Positions 10,101 through 21,810 of a stretch of DNA of 30,419 bases are shown here, piece after piece. Origin of the DNA: an uncultured delta proteobacterium (lineage in GTDB: Bacteria; Desulfobacterota; Desulfobacteria; Desulfobacterales; JAFDCJ01); the NCBI GenBank assembly GCA_963769935.1, contig CAVYNY010000002.1, positions 1 to 30,419 on the forward strand, given 5' to 3'. The notes beneath the pieces were generated by a model, which saw only the letters and a program-made list of their open reading frames with translations, did no database searches and had not been told where the DNA came from. Every line of letters starts with the position of its first letter. Positions within the stretch are counted from its first letter, which is position 1. The position numbers were made by a program, and so were the translations under genes.

Positions 10101-10610
10101 TTATAGTTCCTCCCCTCTCGCCGTCGCCAGGTCTTTGAAAAATACGGCGACGGCCTGCAGCAGCATCAGCAAGATTCCGATGACCATAACACACTTGATG
10201 GGCGCCAGCGGCGGCCCCCAAGGAGTATAGTTTCTCTGCCCGTATCGTAACGCATATTCAAGGCCGGAAAGGCCGCCGATGAGGAGAAACACCACATAGA
10301 AGATAAGGAAAGGGGCGGTAATGAGATCGACCACGGCCTTGCCCTTGGTCGACCACCGGCTATAAAAAAGATCCATTCTCACATGCCCCTTCAGAATCAC
10401 GGAGTAGCCGCCGCCCAGCAAATAATAAGCGGCCATAAGGAATTCAATGATTTCCACTACCCATATGTGGGGTTTATTAAAGAAGGCTCTCGATAGGGAT
10501 TCAAACACCAAGATAGCCGTCATAACCAAAACTATATACATTGAAAACTCACCTATGAACCGATTCACAGCCTCAATCCATCTCACGTAAGCCCGTATCG
10601 CTTTCGGCAT
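10101..10610 (-). CDS. dctQ: TRAP transporter small permease
   Basis: 4 TM helices, GHVRMDLFY motif, directly upstream of dctM. Confidence 0.93.
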   Translation of the reverse strand: MPKAIRAYVRWIEAVNRFIGEFSMYIVLVMTAILVFESLSRAFFNKPHIWVVEIIEFLMAAYYLLGGGYSVILKGHVRMDLFYSRWSTKGKAVVDLITAPFLIFYVVFLLIGGLSGLEYALRYGQRNYTPWGPPLAPIKCVMVIGILLMLLQAVAVFFKDLATARGEEL

Positions 10611-10788
10611 ATTAAACTCCTTGCTTAATGTTCCTCAGATCCCGATTCATCCTAAATCCATATAAACAACACTGATAGAGCCCGGATAAAATTTCGCTGC
10701 CCATCCCGGGCTGAAACAGACATCCCCGACTCAGCCCGTCCCTTGACCTCCAATCGACCGGGCTGGTTCGAATGAGCTTTCGAGCAAA

Positions 10789-10832
10789 GCAGCCTTCCCG
10801 GCCTGATTCTGCCGCGGGCCGGGAGAGGCTGC
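10789..10832. other. GC-rich stem-loop in the dctP-dctQ spacer
   Basis: GCAGCCTTCCCGGCC pairs with GGCCGGGAGAGGCTGC. Two weaker hairpins lie at about 10678-10765. Confidence 0.6.
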
Positions 10833-10868
10833 CGCTCTAAGTGTCCTCAACGCCTGGCGTATAATGCA

Positions 10869-11918
10869 TCAATAGCGGTAGGGAGGACCGGCCTTTTTCA
10901 TGGTTTCATCGTATTCCTTCAGTATTTCCACAACCTTCTTGTTTCTGGGGCTCTTTTGGGCAATCTCGTCCCAGAATTTGAGCGCTTCCATTTCCACTTG
11001 CTTCCACTCTGCTTCGGGGATGGAGGTCAGCTCCAGCTTGCCGCCCTTGACGCGGTAATGGGCCTCGCCCCACCAGTACCAGTATTGTCTGTGGTAATGG
11101 GAATAGTCGATTGCCATTCGGAACAGGGCCTGCAGGTGCTTGGGCACTTTATTCCAGGAGTCGGTGTGAACAAAATATGAGCCCACCCAGGCGCCGGAGA
11201 TGGGGTTCGTCAGGTAGTATTTGGTCACATCAGCCCAGCCGACCGTGTAGTCTTCGGTGATGCCCGACCATGTAATGCCGTCCAGATCATGCGTCTGCAG
11301 GGCCATTTGAACATCCTCGTAGGCGAGGGTCACCGGAACAACCCCGAACCGCTGCATGAACCTGCCTCCAGTGGGGAACATATACACCCTCAGGCCCTTC
11401 AGATCTTCCAGGTGCCGAATCGGCTTGATGGTGGCGAAATTGCAGGGATCCCAGCTTCCCGCACTCAGCCAGGTGACCCCCGGTATTTCGGAGTAGGCTT
11501 CCTCCCAGATTTTGTTGAGCCCATATTCGTTCCAGAGTACGGGGACATCGAGGGAGTAGCGCAGCGCCAGAGGAAAATACGCGGCAAATATGGCTACATC
11601 TACAGGCGCCGCAATGGAGTCATCATCGCTCTGGACCGCGTCAACGGTACCTTTCTGCACGGCCCGGAACAGCTCACTCTGTGGTACCAGCTCATCGGCC
11701 GTGTACAGGTCGATCTGCATCTCGCCATTGGCTGCCTCATTAAACATTTTAATTGAGGGTTTGATGACCTCCTCAGCCAGGGCCGCGCCGGCGTATGTCT
11801 GCAGGCGCCATCGAATGGTCGTTTTCTTTTGTGCAATCACATAGGGCGCGTTCACCGCGGTGGCTGCTACGGCAGCAGCTCCCATTCCAGCTTTTTTAAT
11901 AAAATCGCGTCTTTTCAT
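10869..11918 (-). CDS. dctP: TRAP solute-binding protein with Tat signal
   Basis: MKRRDFIKK Tat signal, WRLQT, EDLKGLRV motifs; AGGAGA RBS; operon with dctQM. Confidence 0.93.
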   Translation of the reverse strand: MKRRDFIKKAGMGAAAVAATAVNAPYVIAQKKTTIRWRLQTYAGAALAEEVIKPSIKMFNEAANGEMQIDLYTADELVPQSELFRAVQKGTVDAVQSDDDSIAAPVDVAIFAAYFPLALRYSLDVPVLWNEYGLNKIWEEAYSEIPGVTWLSAGSWDPCNFATIKPIRHLEDLKGLRVYMFPTGGRFMQRFGVVPVTLAYEDVQMALQTHDLDGITWSGITEDYTVGWADVTKYYLTNPISGAWVGSYFVHTDSWNKVPKHLQALFRMAIDYSHYHRQYWYWWGEAHYRVKGGKLELTSIPEAEWKQVEMEALKFWDEIAQKSPRNKKVVEILKEYDETMKKAGPPYRY

Positions 11919-12568
11919 TCTACCTATCTCCTTTCATATTGTTGGGGTTAGCATCCAATCAAAACGACAAGGGAATGCCAGTTTAATGGTGAGACGAAAA
12001 TGCGTCGAGATGATAGTTCATCGACAACGTTTTGACGAGCGGCAGCTTCCGGCCATGACTGTCGTGAAATCCTGATGGCTGCGCCGGCTTCCCAACGGTA
12101 CAGCACCAACTGACCATGAAGCTGAATGGCAAGTCAAATGCCCCATCGCCAAAAGTCTTTGCGGCGGGCTTTGTCTACCTACATTACTGATCATCATGGT
12201 GTCAAGTTATTTTTGTATAGACAGCTAGATCGGTGGTATTTTGAATTAAATGATTTTATTTCCGGTCAAAAAGCTCTGAATATGCGAAACCCTTGTCTCT
12301 ATTTTCTCTTTTTGTCAAGAATAATACCCGTGACGAAAGGATTAAGAAATAGGCTCAAGGCGGACGGCATAAGGAATCGGCCTAAAGCTCAAGGCGCACG
12401 GGGCAGGGATAATAGCACAAGGTTTAAGTAAAAAAGGCTGAACAATATTCAGCATCCAATTCCCAACCTGCAACCCCCATCCCCCTTATGGACAAAGCAA
12501 ATTGACTCTGCTATTACCATTCATGAGCAGGACCTTGACATTTAGTTGTGACCGGAAAGGACAGAACA

Positions 12569-13813
12569 ATGATCATCCAAAGCGGCGCCGGATTATTGAT
12601 TTTCGTGGTTCTGGCATGGCTAATGAGCGAAAATCGCAAAGCCGCCGAAATAAAAACGGCTGTCATCGGAATTGTTCTGCAGTTGCTCGTGGGGTTGGTT
12701 TTGTTGAAGTTGCCCCTTTTCAGGGATTTTTTTCTTTTGTTGAACCGGCTGGTGCTGTCACTTGAAGAAGCCGTTACGGCCGGAACCTCTTTTGTTTTCG
12801 GATATCTTGGCGGCGGCGACCTTCCCTTTAAAGAAAAATTTCCGGGAGCAAGCTTTATCCTGGCCTTCAGAGGGCTTCCGCTGGTGCTGCTGATGAGTGC
12901 CCTGTCGGCGCTGCTGTTTTACTGGAAAATTTTACCGCTTGTCGTAAAGGCCTTCTCCCTGGCCCTGCAGAAAACCATGAGGATCGGGGGGGCTGAAGGA
13001 TTGGGGGTATCGGTGAACATTTTTGTCGGAATGATCGAGGCGCCCCTTTTTATTCGGCCTTATCTCAAGAAGATGACCCGCAGCGAAATTTTCACTATCA
13101 TGACCTGCGGCATGGCCACCATTGCCGGCACGGTTATGGTGCTGTATGCCAGTATCCTCAGCAATACGATTCCGGGTGTTATGGGGCACATTCTTACGGC
13201 CTCCATTATCAGCGTGCCGGCGGCTGTTACCGTCGCTAAACTTATGGTGCCGGAAACAGGTGAATTGACCTCCGGCGTATTAGCGGCCCCGGAACAGGCC
13301 ACAAGCGCCATGGATGCCGTGACCAAAGGCACCCTGCAGGGTGTTGAACTTTTGATCAACATTATTGCAATGCTGGTGGTGCTGGTTGCGCTGGTATATC
13401 TTGTAAACCTGATTCTCGGCCTTCTGCCGGATCTCGGCGACAGACCGATTACGATGCAGAGATTAATGGGATACGTGATGGCTCCGGTGGTCTGGCTGAT
13501 GGGGGTGCCCTGGCGGGAGGCCCCGACCGCCGGCGCACTCATGGGGACCAAAACGATACTAAACGAGTTGTTGGCCTATTTGGATATGAGTCGCCTTCCT
13601 CCGGGCACTTTGAGCCCCCGAAGCCTGCTCATTATGACCTATGCCATGTGCGGATTTGCCAATCCCGGGAGCCTGGGAATCATGATCGGCGGGATGGGGA
13701 CCATGGCGCCAACCCGGCGGGATGAAATCGTTGGGCTGGGGTTAAGATCCATCATCGCCGGGACCCTGGCCACCTGTATGACCGGCGCGGTGGTGGGGAT
13801 CATCGGGGGATAA
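12569..13813 (+). CDS. nupC: Concentrative nucleoside transporter (NupC/CNT family)
   Basis: NIFVGMIEAPLFIRPYL, GMATIAGTV, LMGTKTILNELLAY and MCGFANPGSLGIMIGG. ATG at 12569 preferred over GTG at 12548. Confidence 0.92.
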   Translation: MIIQSGAGLLIFVVLAWLMSENRKAAEIKTAVIGIVLQLLVGLVLLKLPLFRDFFLLLNRLVLSLEEAVTAGTSFVFGYLGGGDLPFKEKFPGASFILAFRGLPLVLLMSALSALLFYWKILPLVVKAFSLALQKTMRIGGAEGLGVSVNIFVGMIEAPLFIRPYLKKMTRSEIFTIMTCGMATIAGTVMVLYASILSNTIPGVMGHILTASIISVPAAVTVAKLMVPETGELTSGVLAAPEQATSAMDAVTKGTLQGVELLINIIAMLVVLVALVYLVNLILGLLPDLGDRPITMQRLMGYVMAPVVWLMGVPWREAPTAGALMGTKTILNELLAYLDMSRLPPGTLSPRSLLIMTYAMCGFANPGSLGIMIGGMGTMAPTRRDEIVGLGLRSIIAGTLATCMTGAVVGIIGG

Positions 13814-13819
13814 AACTAA

Positions 13820-13910
13820 ATCAGCTGAAAGTTCATAGCTGATAGCTGATAGTTTAGATGGGTGAATCCTTTTTCCTATGAGCTTTGAGCTACAAGCTAT
13901 GAGCTTTAAG
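13820..13910. repeat. Inverted AGCT-containing heptamer arrays
   Basis: TAGCTGA-TAGCTGA-TAG faces TATGAGC-TTTGAGC-TACAAGC-TATGAGC. Confidence 0.6.
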
Positions 13911-13919
13911 ATAGGAGAC

Positions 13920-14267
13920 TCAAAACCTTAAGCAAAAACTCAAAATATTAATTCCGACTTGGGCCTGAGTTTCCAATTCAGCGACCAGCTTCACAATATC
14001 ATCGAAATCAAAGTCTTCTGCCAGCTTCAGAATTGTACTGCTGAAGCTGCTGTACTGATCCGACTCTGATTCCAGTCCTGCTGCGATGGTTTTTAATTCG
14101 GTGATATTTCCCATGTCGACCGCTTCTCGCAGCCGTTCGGCGGTTTGCCTTGCAAGCTCCAGGGGTATGGAAGGGATTGGCGCCGCGCCGGGTGGGAAGT
14201 CCTCATCACCCGCGGATTCTTCGAGGCTTCGACAGGATGAAAGAGCTTCGTTCACTGACGCCGGCAT
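13920..14267 (-). pseudogene. Orphan C-terminal fragment of a hybrid sensor kinase/response regulator
   Basis: LREAVDMGNITEL...ILKLAEDFDFDDIVKL resembles the helical tail of hybrid kinases. No kinase or receiver body lies upstream. Confidence 0.55.
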
Positions 14268-14610
14268 ATATTAACAAGATTTTATGCTTAAGATAGATAC
14301 CGATCCTCCGCAACTCGGACCTGGCGGAACCCAATATAGAAGAAGTAGATCAACAGCATGGATTTCATAACTAAAGAAAGATTTTTCCTGCAGCGCAATG
14401 TCGGAACTACTATGGCCTAATAATTTCCGCTTGTCAAATTTGGAAGCAGTGCAGGCTCAGGATAAGGTCAGTGTACATTCTAAACATACTTGACACTTTC
14501 GGCTAAATTCCCTATGGTAATGTAAATTTAAATCATGGCTTCATATTCAATCCGGATTCGACGTAAATTAATATATACCAACCCATATACTGAGACCAAG
14601 GGAGGAACTA

Positions 14611-14814
14611 ATGGCAGAAAAGAAAAGTTACGAATGTGCAAATTGCGGAAAACAAGCGGAATTAAGTGCCGAAGAAGCTCAATCGGCGGAGTGCTGCGGC
14701 AAACCCATGCAAGCGGCCGAACCCCTGCCGGTGTGCAAAACCAGTACCACAGCGGAACACACGCGACTCGATGATCTGGGTGAGCCCTGTGACGACGGCA
14801 GGGCCGGATCTTAA
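14611..14814 (+). CDS. Small desulforedoxin-like Cys-rich protein
   Basis: Strong GGGAGG RBS; YECANCG-x14-CCGKPM matches the desulforedoxin CxxC...CC pattern; extension C..AEH.R....EPCDDGR. Confidence 0.8.
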   Translation: MAEKKSYECANCGKQAELSAEEAQSAECCGKPMQAAEPLPVCKTSTTAEHTRLDDLGEPCDDGRAGS

Positions 14815-14849
14815 AAAGAAGCAATCCTATCATTTTTTATAAAATATTG

Positions 14850-14887
14850 CCCATTTAAAAATCCGCGTACGCGGATTTTTAAATGGG
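14850..14887. terminator. Perfect 38-bp palindrome, probable terminator
   Basis: CCCATTTAAAAATCCGCGT|ACGCGGATTTTTAAATGGG, 36 bp after the 14814 stop. Confidence 0.65.
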
Positions 14888-15043
14888 ACCACACCCGTCA
14901 ATCTCATGCGTCCTGCCGCTATGAAGATAAATTTCCAATGAGTCCACGATTTTTTCGCAGCTGAAACCGGCAACCTACAAAGTGCATCGCGCATTCAGGA
15001 TCACGTATCCCGCATCTAGTATCAAGTAAAAGAGGAGATTGGA

Positions 15044-15820
15044 ATGACTTACGAAGAAATCTTGTACACCACCAAAGGATCGGTCGGCTATATTACGCTG
15101 AACAATCCGAAAAAAATAAATGCCTTGTCAATAAAAATGATCGCGGAAATTATTCATGTATTGAATGAGGTCGCGCTGGATGAATCGATAAAGGTGCTCA
15201 TCATTCGAGCAGCTGGAAATAATTTTTGTGCCGGTCACAATATGGCCGAGATGGTCGATGGCGGGATCAAGGAGTATAAATTTATTTTTGATCAGTGTAC
15301 CAGAATGATGCAAATGATACATGAAATTCCCCAGCCGGTTATCGCTCAGGTGCAGGGTATTGCCACTGCCGCCGGGTGTCAGCTGGTTGCGTGGTGCGAT
15401 TTGGCCGTCGCTGAAGAAGGCGCCCGATTTGCCACCCCGGGTGTTAAATTGGGCCTTTTCTGCACCACTCCCATGGTAGCTGTCACCCGGGCCATCAGCC
15501 GCAAGGCCGCAATGGAGATGCTTCTGACGGGTCGCTATTTGTCAGCCCGGGAAGCCAAAGAGCTGGGATTGGTAAACCGTGTGGTGACCTTGAATGAATT
15601 GACAGCGGAAACCGAAGGTCTGGCCAATCAGATTGCCGAAGCCAGCCGTTTCACTCTGGCGATCGGCAAACAGGGATTTTACGCCCAGGTGGACCAGGCG
15701 GATGCCGCTGCCATGCATTATGCCAAACACACCATTACGATGAATCTGGGTGCCGAGGACGCACAAGGGGGAATTAAGGCGTTCCTCGAGAAGAAAAAGC
15801 CCGTGTGGAAGAATCGATAG
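15044..15820 (+). CDS. Enoyl-CoA hydratase/isomerase (crotonase) family protein
   Basis: FCAGHNM, PQPVIAQVQGIATAAGCQLVAWCDL, FATPGVKLGLFC; GAGGAG RBS. Confidence 0.95.
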   Translation: MTYEEILYTTKGSVGYITLNNPKKINALSIKMIAEIIHVLNEVALDESIKVLIIRAAGNNFCAGHNMAEMVDGGIKEYKFIFDQCTRMMQMIHEIPQPVIAQVQGIATAAGCQLVAWCDLAVAEEGARFATPGVKLGLFCTTPMVAVTRAISRKAAMEMLLTGRYLSAREAKELGLVNRVVTLNELTAETEGLANQIAEASRFTLAIGKQGFYAQVDQADAAAMHYAKHTITMNLGAEDAQGGIKAFLEKKKPVWKNR

Positions 15821-15849
15821 CCACTCATTTATTTACTCTTACAGAACGA

Positions 15850-16135
15850 AAATAACAAATCCCAAATCCCAGATATCAAATAAATTCCAATGAATAAAAT
15901 TCAAAAATTCAAACCGGTTATGATCTTGAAGTAAAGACCTTTCAGTTTGTCAGAAATGTGATGCAATAGATTTGATGCGAGAGGCAGGTGAATTGAAAAA
16001 AAATAATTTCATCGGTTCCAGAAAAGTCGATATGACCAGCTATTGGCTATTATCGATGAAGTAACTGTTTTGGTCATTGAATATTGTAATTTGGAATTTA
16101 TTTGGAATTTGGTGCTTGTGATTTGGAATTTTTGT
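15850..16135. repeat. Heptamer-repeat element (AAATCCC/AAATTCC arms, inverted), copy 1
   Basis: Left arm CAAATCCCAAATCCCAGATATCAAATAAATTCCAATG; right arm TTTGGAATTTATTTGGAATTTGGTGCTTGTGATTTGGAATTT. Confidence 0.8.
15890..16035 (+). pseudogene. Internally deleted four-helix-bundle (23S rRNA IVP / bAvd-like) gene remnant
   Basis: MNKIQKFKPV / YDLEVKTFQFVRNVM resembles the family N-terminus (YDLEERTFQFA). LMREAGELKK / IISSVPEKS* resembles its C-terminus. The middle is missing and there are frameshifts. Confidence 0.65.
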
Positions 16136-16187
16136 TTTAGAATCCACTTAGCCATGATTTCAAGGTCAATTTTTTGAGCGCTAATAA

Positions 16188-18233
<2,046 letters not shown>

Positions 18234-18271
18234 TTATTTAATTATCTGAAATTACATGCACGAAACCGTTT

Positions 18272-18440
18272 AAAATTCCAAATCACAAGCACCAAATCCC
18301 AAATAAATTCCAAATTACAATAACCAATGACCAAAACTCAAACTGATATGTCCTCTCCTCAAGGTCATAGACAGGTTTTGAATTTTGAATTTTCGTCATT
18401 GGAATTTGTTTGATATTTGTGATTTGTCATTTGGAATTTA
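18272..18440. repeat. Heptamer-repeat element, copy 2 (inverted relative to copy 1, no gene inside)
   Basis: AAATTCCAAATCACAAGCACCAAATCCCAAATAAATTCCAAATTACAAT is the near-exact reverse complement of about 16085-16132. The 18376-18440 arm matches the 15850-15913 arm in reverse. Confidence 0.8.
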
Positions 18441-18498
18441 ATTATGGACTTAGCAGGTCGATCGCCATCAATAGTCAATACTCAATCGTTATATTTAA

Positions 18499-19923
18499 TT
18501 ACTGGGATTTCCTGTGTACTGCGATCATCGTAATATCATCAAACTGCGGTGCATTGTCGATGTGGTTGAATAGTTCGAGCCTTATCCGTTCGATTAATTT
18601 GGAGGCCGTTGGCGCCGGTTTTTCAAGCAATGTCAGGAATCTTTTTTTCCCAAATAATTTTTCCTGGGGCGACATTGCCTCCGTTACGCCGTCCGTATAG
18701 CCGATTAATATATCTCCGGGCTCAATTTCCACCTGCTTTACCTGATATTCCATTGCCGGCATCATGCCGACGACCGCTCCCGTGGCTTTGAGGCTTTCTT
18801 TGACTCCGGACTGATTCACAATGAGCAATGGTTCGTGTCCCGCGTTGACATAAGCCATTTTGCCGGTACGCGGATCTAAAACTCCGAAAAACAGAGTGGC
18901 AAACATGCCTTCCTCGCCGTGCTCCTCGGCAATATAATCGTTGGTAAGTGAAACCGCGTTCAGGGCTTCATACAGATAGTCACCATGTGAATTTGGCTCA
19001 GTTTTGGTGGAGCCGGGAACGAATACGCCTCGCAAACTGATTTTACCTGAAAAAACACGGATCAAGCTGCGAAAAAGCGCCATAAAAAGCGCCGAACCGA
19101 CGCCTTTGTCACACACGTCGGCGATTACCAGACCGAGCAAATTCTCCGGCAGCATAAACGCGTCGTAAAAATCGCCGGATACCTGACGCGCGGGGTGGAA
19201 ATAAACTGCTATCTCCCAGCCCGGAATCCTTGGTATTAAGCGGGGCAAAAAATCACGTTGTATTTTTTTGCCCTTTTCCATCTCCTTATCCAGGGCTTTG
19301 GAATACGCTTCAATCTCCATTTTAGCCTTCTCCAGAGATCGGAATGATTCATCCAATTTGGAGTATAGTCTGGCGTTTTCAAGGGCGCTGCCGATCTGGG
19401 CAGCGGTTATCTGCATCAAATTAGCGGTGTCCTGGTTGAAATGCGCCGGCTGATCATGCAGCAGGGTTATAATGCCCAACAACCCTTCACCTTTGAGAAT
19501 CGGCACAGCCAGGGCCGACCCGACCGTGTATGGTTGATTGGGCAGGTTTACCCAGCGGTCATCATTTTGGGTATCGACAATTAACCCCACTTTATGATTT
19601 TGCCGCACCCAGCCGGCGAGACCTTTGTCGAAAACCTGTCCAATTATTTTGGAGCGCTGCTCCGGGGTCGGGTCAACACGGGTCAGAATACCGTCGGTTA
19701 CCGCACCATCCGCATCCAGCAGAAACAGACTGCCTTTATCCGCACCGGTTAATTCCGCTGATATTTCGAGCGTTTTTTGCAGAAGTCGCGTCAGCACCCG
19801 TTCTTTGGCCGAAGATCTTGCAAAATTTACAAAATTATCCAGCAACCGGCTCTGGACCTGCAGAGCGGCTTTTTCGCTTCGCAACCGGTTGATTTCTTTT
19901 TCCAGCGCCTTTGGATCTTTCAA
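18499..19923 (-). CDS. GAF + SpoIIE/PP2C (RsbU-like) phosphatase
   Basis: GAF (SALAVPIL...GIITL) followed by VSGDFYD, IADVCDKGVGSALFM, NAGHEP, YTDGVTEA, DDIT. TTG start. Confidence 0.92.
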   Translation of the reverse strand: MKDPKALEKEINRLRSEKAALQVQSRLLDNFVNFARSSAKERVLTRLLQKTLEISAELTGADKGSLFLLDADGAVTDGILTRVDPTPEQRSKIIGQVFDKGLAGWVRQNHKVGLIVDTQNDDRWVNLPNQPYTVGSALAVPILKGEGLLGIITLLHDQPAHFNQDTANLMQITAAQIGSALENARLYSKLDESFRSLEKAKMEIEAYSKALDKEMEKGKKIQRDFLPRLIPRIPGWEIAVYFHPARQVSGDFYDAFMLPENLLGLVIADVCDKGVGSALFMALFRSLIRVFSGKISLRGVFVPGSTKTEPNSHGDYLYEALNAVSLTNDYIAEEHGEEGMFATLFFGVLDPRTGKMAYVNAGHEPLLIVNQSGVKESLKATGAVVGMMPAMEYQVKQVEIEPGDILIGYTDGVTEAMSPQEKLFGKKRFLTLLEKPAPTASKLIERIRLELFNHIDNAPQFDDITMIAVHRKSQ

Positions 19924-20021
19924 ATTTAAAGTTCCTCAGAGGTTACTGTCAATACCATCTATATTCGTCTATCTCATAATCTAAGACTGGTAGAATTTAT
20001 AAAATATTCATTCTTCAATCT

Positions 20022-21398
20022 TCAATATTCATTTTTGGGCTTCTGCCAAAGTTTCAGTACCTTCAATAGGATCAGGGATAGCACCATGGCTCCCAGGAAT
20101 ACAAAAACTGTTAAGGCAATGCTCCAATTCCACCAGACCGGGGCATTCACCAGAATCAGATACGGTGCCAGCGGTATCAGCATGATCACGTTCATTACCG
20201 CGACTTCAATCACGGCGGGTGATTTGAATTCAGGATCTGCGATTCGGAGCAATAACAGCCCACACGATACCGTACCGGTCACCGTTCCATATATCGCGAC
20301 GGTCCTTTCAAGGTTATAGTCCCAGAGTCGTCGGCCGAGGAAAACGACGACTGCGGTCGTCAGCACCCCGCAGGTCAGAGAAATTGCCAGAATCGGGACG
20401 GCATACCTCCATATAATCTGCAGTTGAATCGCCATGACGGTGGATACGATCAGAAAATCAATTGACCAGCCGGTTATCCGCCGTTGGATCCCGGTATCGA
20501 TCAGGTAATTAATGCCGGTTTTCTTCATCAGCCATCTTAAAATAAACGCAAAAACCAACCCAAAAAAGAAGAAAAACCCCCATAACATGGAAGCTACGTT
20601 CGGAGCAAACAGGCTGCCCAGGGCTCTGACAAAAGCATAGGTTACGACATACACCAATCCGACAAGCGCCGTCTGGAAGGCCAGGGTGTCGATATTGGCG
20701 GAATGCATGGTTAATCTACCGGCCGGTTGGGGTTCCTGTTTTTTATCTATAATGCCTGCTAAAAAATCCCGCGGTAATGTCTTGAACGTGTGGGCGGCAA
20801 GTCCTTTGCGGATACCCCAATTGACTATCGGAACCCCTACAAAAAATGCAAAGAAAAAGCCGATCGTCGCAAACGTCACACCGATCGTTGCTGCATTTTC
20901 AAAGCCGATGCCTTGCCAGACTTTTCCGAATGACAACGCCTGGCCGGGGCCTTCATTAAAACCCAAAGGCGCAAAAAAACCGAAGGTCGGAAAAAGTTTT
21001 AATCCGAACGAACCTAAGATTAAGACAATCACGCCGCCGATAATTGCCTGCAGCGGGAAGGTTACGGATTGGACGAGCGCCATCCATAATGATCCTTTAA
21101 GTATTCCCTTCTTAGGATTTGAAGCCGGCATTCGATTCCCTTCGTCGGTCAATCCCACTGAAATAAATGAAATATTAAAGAAATGGTAGGCAAATGTTTC
21201 CAGATGCGACGCCGGCAGATTTATAAGTCCGATATTCAGCAAAATAAGGCCCAGGACGCCGCCGATCAGACAACTGGGTATAAGAAATCGTTGAAAAAAA
21301 TTTACATTGGCTCTCAGCAGTACGCCAATCAAAAGCATGATGGCCAAACTGCCGAATGCCAGCATGGATTCGAAGGGGAAGGGGATTTGCATACCCAT
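20022..21398 (-). CDS. Sodium:glutamate symporter (GltS/ESS family)
   Basis: FQRFLIPSCLIGG, GFNEGPGQA..G, YGTVTGT...GLLLLRIADP; about 12 TM helices. Confidence 0.85.
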   Translation of the reverse strand: MGMQIPFPFESMLAFGSLAIMLLIGVLLRANVNFFQRFLIPSCLIGGVLGLILLNIGLINLPASHLETFAYHFFNISFISVGLTDEGNRMPASNPKKGILKGSLWMALVQSVTFPLQAIIGGVIVLILGSFGLKLFPTFGFFAPLGFNEGPGQALSFGKVWQGIGFENAATIGVTFATIGFFFAFFVGVPIVNWGIRKGLAAHTFKTLPRDFLAGIIDKKQEPQPAGRLTMHSANIDTLAFQTALVGLVYVVTYAFVRALGSLFAPNVASMLWGFFFFFGLVFAFILRWLMKKTGINYLIDTGIQRRITGWSIDFLIVSTVMAIQLQIIWRYAVPILAISLTCGVLTTAVVVFLGRRLWDYNLERTVAIYGTVTGTVSCGLLLLRIADPEFKSPAVIEVAVMNVIMLIPLAPYLILVNAPVWWNWSIALTVFVFLGAMVLSLILLKVLKLWQKPKNEY

Positions 21399-21810
21399 CT
21401 CCAGACATCAAATTAATGTTTGACTCTGAAAATTCGAAAAAGGTATAAATTCCTAAAATCAAATTGACCGGCCAGGACCATACATGAGAAAGTGAAATAA
21501 GACAACTCAAACCTGCCACACCGCGTTGACCCCTCGAACAGATTGAAACCTCGGACCAGAAACCGGCCAGATTCAAAAAAAGAAGAAAGGAGGTTCCGAT
21601 GTGGGATGCCATCAACTTTCCGAGAAAATATCCATGGGCAGGCTTGACTATGTGGGGATTACCATCGCGGTGTCGGAACCTTTTTTGTCTCCCTTCGAGG
21701 AATAGAATATGATTTATACAAGCTGATGCTTCAAGAACTCACCAACTTTCAAAACTCAAATCCGAAACAAATCCTGTTTGAATTCTTTAAGGTGTTTCTA
21801 AGACACTTCA

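Noticed and set aside
11920..12200. Riboswitch in the TRAP operon leader
   Set aside because: Some pairing potential, but no aptamer consensus I can recognise; needs an Rfam scan.
12126..12431. 101-aa ORF between dctP and nupC
   Set aside because: It spans the divergent promoter region and heptamer repeats (RLKADG, PKAQGARG), so it is likely spurious.
15850..16135. CRISPR array or DGR
   Set aside because: No constant repeat with unique spacers and no cas genes. There is no reverse transcriptase or TR/VR pair despite the Avd-like remnant.
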